From contig LVLI01000192.1 of the NCBI GenBank assembly GCA_001687465.1, positions 1 through 64,000 on the forward strand: 64,000 bases of DNA, in the 5' to 3' direction. The position numbers and the translations under genes are program-made. This stretch comes from Halocafeteria seosinensis (lineage: Eukaryota). Numbering within the stretch: position 1 is the first letter of the stretch; each line of letters begins with the position of its first letter. A model generated the notes under the pieces. That model did no database searches and was not told the DNA's origin. It saw only the letters and a program-made list of their open reading frames with translations. Shown in pieces: positions 61,301-64,000 of the stretch.

Positions 61301-64000
61301 ACACCGGTGGAATATCGAGTACTACAATTAAGTCAGTGGCGTTTGGATCGTCTGGCGGCTTTTCAGCAAGAGCCACAGCGACGAGCTCAAAAGAATATCA
61401 GGATGCATTGCGAAGTATTGCCAATCAAGCAAGCACTACAACGCTTACGGCTGCCATGTCATCTCTCGCTTCTGCCTCGCTTGTAGAGAGCAGCAGGTTT
61501 GCGGACGACAGTGTCTGCATGTATCACCATGGATCTGCTGCAGCGTTTGGGGCCTGGGCTAGATTCACAAAGGCATGTGCCAAGCTACCTAGCTTATACT
61601 ATTCTGCTTTCTGCCAGCAGTCAATGCTAAGGAATATTCCCCTTCTTTGTCATTCATTTGGGAGGGAACTCGTCGAGGAGACTATATTTCCTTGGATTAC
61701 ATCCTTCCTAAACGGGTACGACAGAGGTAATGGTTCAGGCGACTGGAGAACCCACAGTGAGTTTTTTCTGGCTCTCCCTGGACTGTGCAGCTTCGTCGGC
61801 AAGGCGAGCACGGAGCACCTGTTTCTCCTAGTTTTGGAAGAAGGGCCCTACGATGCTGTTCCTCAAGTGTCCCATAGTGCGTTAGTTGCTCTGTCCACCA
61901 TCGTGCAGCAGCAACTGATCAATACTACTAGTGTAGTGAACATGCTTTCAGCGCCAAGTCCTTCGCAGCAGTCCCAGGATCACCTAACACCAAACGTTGG
62001 GGCTTTGGGATTTTTGCTACATCCTAGTTACTGGGTAAGACATGCAGCTGCTCGTTTAGTTGCAACGTTGATAGTGGAACTCCAGTGGCCGGATGCTCAT
62101 GCTTACGTTGCTCCATTATTATCTCCGCTTATATCTGTATCTTTTCGGGAAAGTCCCAACAAAGAGGACCTCCCAAGAAGGCGAGAAATCCGCTTTTGGA
62201 ATAAAATCCATTCCATACTAGAAAAGCTTGCTAAATGCAGGACTGAACTAAGCACAAACCCAACGCCGGCTGAGGGACATGGACTTCGCTCCTTCACACA
62301 TAGTAACGTTGTTCGTTCAAGAGCTTACGCGTGGGCAATTTATCGGGTCCAGAAGGTGTTGCTTTCCTCGATGCTACCCCCTGTCTCTCAAGGCTTGTTC
62401 TCACTTTCGATCTGCTTCGACAGCGCACGTATGCGAAATGATATTCTGCAGTCCCTCGCAGAGGAGTTACAAGCTGGCGGTACGGATCTAAATTTTGGAG
62501 AAGTATTTCGAAGGAGCACTTCGTTGGCTGCTGCACTAGAGAATCCTAGTATTAATAGCCAAACATTGTGGTTCTCACGTGAGTTCCTACAAGCATACGA
62601 CGCGCTACAATCAATGGATGATGATCAAAGTAGCTGGACGCAATGTGCCCTGTATGGATTTAGCTCTCCTATGGAACTGTTGCGTTATCGTGTTCGCTGT
62701 ATAGAGTACATTTCTCGGCGCATAGCCAGCAGCTGCAGGAGAAATCATGCGTGGCAGGCAAGGTTCGCCGCAGATGCGATCCAGTTCTTCCGTCCGTCAT
62801 TCTTACAACAGAGCACAGCGGCCACTCAGAATAAAGCGCATCATTCCGATGCACCAGTAGACTTTGTCTCGAAGATTCGGTGGTACCTCTGGAAGTCCAC
62901 AGATTCTCAACGGTGTCCCCAATCTGTTTCCGCAGATATGCATCCTTGTGTTACACTCCCCTACAGCAAAGCTGCGTTGCGGAACCTATCGTGCACTAGA
63001 TTTTATGTACCAGACCAGAGGTACGCATCTATGTTTCCACGTCCCCCGTCCTCCGTACTGCCTCGACAAACAAGGAACGGGAAGATCCGCTATTTCGGGG
63101 AAGAAGCGAAAGCAGAATTGTCCTATGGACACCAGGCTGCACGCTCGTCCTCTTCCGAAAATTTAGCGACTGCGTCTTCAATATTAAAAGGAAGAGAAAG
63201 TAATGGTTCGCACAAACTTTCGACGCCGTCAATTCTTTCCAGAGTTGCCCGAGAAAACCCGCTGGTGGCCTCAAACTTGGTGAAGAGTAGTGCTCCCGGA
63301 GGATCTGGCGCAATACAGTGCGCGTCTCCGCCTCTTCTTGGGGATCGATATGTACTTACAAATGTACTCTTCGGCGAACAGGGGACAGAGCATGCAGAGT
63401 CGAGTGGTAATCAGATTCACCGGTTGCTCTATGATGCTACGACGGCGTCTTCCGTGGCGTGGACAAATCCTGCTGACTGGGGTGCTTTCTATATGATGCA
63501 ATGCTTTTCCTCAGGTGTGCGTGCAAGACGCAACTATTTGCGTTACGGGCTGTGGGACCCTCATGTTGCGGTCACAGCTCCTACGGATGCTATTATGTCT
63601 GCTGGAGCCCAACCTGGTGCAGGGGATGGTTTAATACTGTCTGTGCGTAATTCTTCATCGGGGTCATCTTCCGACGCTGTCCTCAGACCAAGCAACGCTA
63701 AAGTACATGACGACCCCACTTTAGAAGTTCCTCAGTGGGAAAACATGACTCAAAACAATGTGCAACAAAAGCGTGATCAAGAACTTGAGGGAGAGACGGT
63801 TTGGGGATCTGAGAACATTTGGGACGGTTTCGAGGGTACTCATGGAGGATGGTTGGAGGCACTGGGGCAGATTGATAGAGCAGGTTTCCCTAATGTCCGG
63901 TGGAATAAGAACATCTATAATCAGACGCGGCGTCAAACTTCGCTTACAGTTTCTTCACCCATGCAGCAGAAAGAAGCTTGGAGTTCGTTCGTCCAAACAT
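58330..64000 (+). CDS. VPS15: VPS15/PIK3R4 PI3K regulatory kinase (partial, runs off the window)
   Basis: Open frame from MGNTIPT with no stop seen in the lines I translated, consistent with its absence from the stop-delimited ORF track. HDRLHTRPFLTSIEKRWVAYQLL, HGDIKTEN, LLTDFASFKP, RRRCYLAPERF, SMDIFSAGC, RLQRIIPY and HEAT repeats. Confidence 0.93.
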   Translation, partial: MGNTIPTAQAPSDVHATLQEELPQLAFDSYVGQGKFMKSMKCPSSEGGSALVKVYTLPQYEQLSITRRRFKAALAGRTSLPEEQQEENRQEKTSSSADQSSSRTDSQAVAGTGSPNTLKSSASKGSNLLRVEGERTPTPSSPAASLQESQHGGGKQDQGESASLVHSKSAAEFIVSNEPWSTQFMQACKRINALSKCFTLTKQPSVLPYQFYSIGRRHSVAILARQFLSSTLHDRLHTRPFLTSIEKRWVAYQLLCTLVQCHTAGVCHGDIKTENIGMTSWGWILLTDFASFKPPYLPETGDFDYFFDPEGRRRCYLAPERFLQQDKEQNAEANAVSASEYNQHHENESYTYGPEQSAARVLLGNAIDMSAGHFDSLHSLLDAVTGATKSFQRPMHPSSNEERQDSNDRTASSSGDRNIWPGPAEASDPRLLPSMDIFSAGCCIGELFMEGKSVRNLENLFDTRRNETGTRLSENSPAYTLQNVVDNKLVVELVLRMTQMSPARRGSALTYIHDYTGPDNLFPPSFVTCLFPFFSSLMQSSMVSPDYRAKAICEAYPWLLAEITGTSDPVGELYFRRRLALEHYSTLERTSFASEDTSWEEGNEGSGNGLVDGGASFKHMKEKQDWITWEWMDGHTTSADRGPGTESSASGWLSSAPPWGLYEQWQPAAVTSRRLLNLREQVGAKYFQAVSTEEVESTAGVPGPEEYSDNESQGSSPASPSPGVSSRPLFQDNAVILPSHRAHAEAVTMVIVLLCSCARHVTSPTLRVTSLALLGRFGAMKCTPDEVRLQRIIPYAVDLFRDPSSLVRSHAVMVVAAMLQQVRSFPPSDSGIVLKYIIPALNNLPNDPEPVVRAACAAAIPRISAAARRFVETEQWNEQLAALERLDPENSELSQQKVSDTEQQSSSETSVSIINGPGEEESERVNSEENMEGRYSPSKNLRFRYSFEYRLRELQMRMKSLLHLWMSSLNGMQGQDPLGASSSNSKGDGGYTGGISSTTIKSVAFGSSGGFSARATATSSKEYQDALRSIANQASTTTLTAAMSSLASASLVESSRFADDSVCMYHHGSAAAFGAWARFTKACAKLPSLYYSAFCQQSMLRNIPLLCHSFGRELVEETIFPWITSFLNGYDRGNGSGDWRTHSEFFLALPGLCSFVGKASTEHLFLLVLEEGPYDAVPQVSHSALVALSTIVQQQLINTTSVVNMLSAPSPSQQSQDHLTPNVGALGFLLHPSYWVRHAAARLVATLIVELQWPDAHAYVAPLLSPLISVSFRESPNKEDLPRRREIRFWNKIHSILEKLAKCRTELSTNPTPAEGHGLRSFTHSNVVRSRAYAWAIYRVQKVLLSSMLPPVSQGLFSLSICFDSARMRNDILQSLAEELQAGGTDLNFGEVFRRSTSLAAALENPSINSQTLWFSREFLQAYDALQSMDDDQSSWTQCALYGFSSPMELLRYRVRCIEYISRRIASSCRRNHAWQARFAADAIQFFRPSFLQQSTAATQNKAHHSDAPVDFVSKIRWYLWKSTDSQRCPQSVSADMHPCVTLPYSKAALRNLSCTRFYVPDQRYASMFPRPPSSVLPRQTRNGKIRYFGEEAKAELSYGHQAARSSSSENLATASSILKGRESNGSHKLSTPSILSRVARENPLVASNLVKSSAPGGSGAIQCASPPLLGDRYVLTNVLFGEQGTEHAESSGNQIHRLLYDATTASSVAWTNPADWGAFYMMQCFSSGVRARRNYLRYGLWDPHVAVTAPTDAIMSAGAQPGAGDGLILSVRNSSSGSSSDAVLRPSNAKVHDDPTLEVPQWENMTQNNVQQKRDQELEGETVWGSENIWDGFEGTHGGWLEALGQIDRAGFPNVRWNKNIYNQTRRQTSLTVSSPMQQKEAWSSFVQT

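Noticed and set aside
58416..63936. Many listed short ORFs on both strands
   Set aside because: These are shadow ORFs of the long VPS15 frame, which the ORF track omitted because it has no stop in the window.
1..64000. Transposons, viral insertions, CRISPR arrays, tRNA/rRNA genes, alternative genetic code
   Set aside because: No transposase/RT/capsid motifs, spacer arrays or cloverleafs were seen. Frame breaks are explained by GT-AG introns, and TAA, TAG and TGA all terminate conserved genes.

Overview
Compact, intron-rich eukaryotic genomic DNA with GT-AG introns mostly about 50-90 nt. The host is probably a flagellated stramenopile-type protist; this is inferred from CCDC40, a TxH-type MAPK, and a snoRNA guide matching the 18S variant GUAAAUUACCC. 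About 22 protein genes are supported. They include an ER DnaJ-thioredoxin, YchF/OLA1, Cdh1/Fzr1, calreticulin, OGT, an AAAP transporter, an atypical MAPK, CCDC40, Mis18, a tandem pair of orphan membrane proteins and a DCAF8-like WD40 protein. Further on are a WW-WW-cNMP-binding AGC kinase, NAA10, MED6, a TMEM242-like protein, two tandem PX-PH-PLDs, Y14/RBM8A, and a giant VPS15 that runs off the window and is missing from the ORF track. The main hidden signal is the apparently empty 2.3 kb between the two PLD genes (about 51180-53410). It looks like a spliced non-coding host gene whose introns carry a polycistronic snoRNA cluster. The C/D guides resemble snR53, SNORD87, snR77 and U16/snR87, plus an LSU guide and a double U6 snRNA guide. 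Two H/ACA hairpins share an identical 18-mer. rRNA and U6 targets are assigned from remembered conserved sequences because the organism's own rRNA/U6 is not in the window. Exon boundaries were read by eye.
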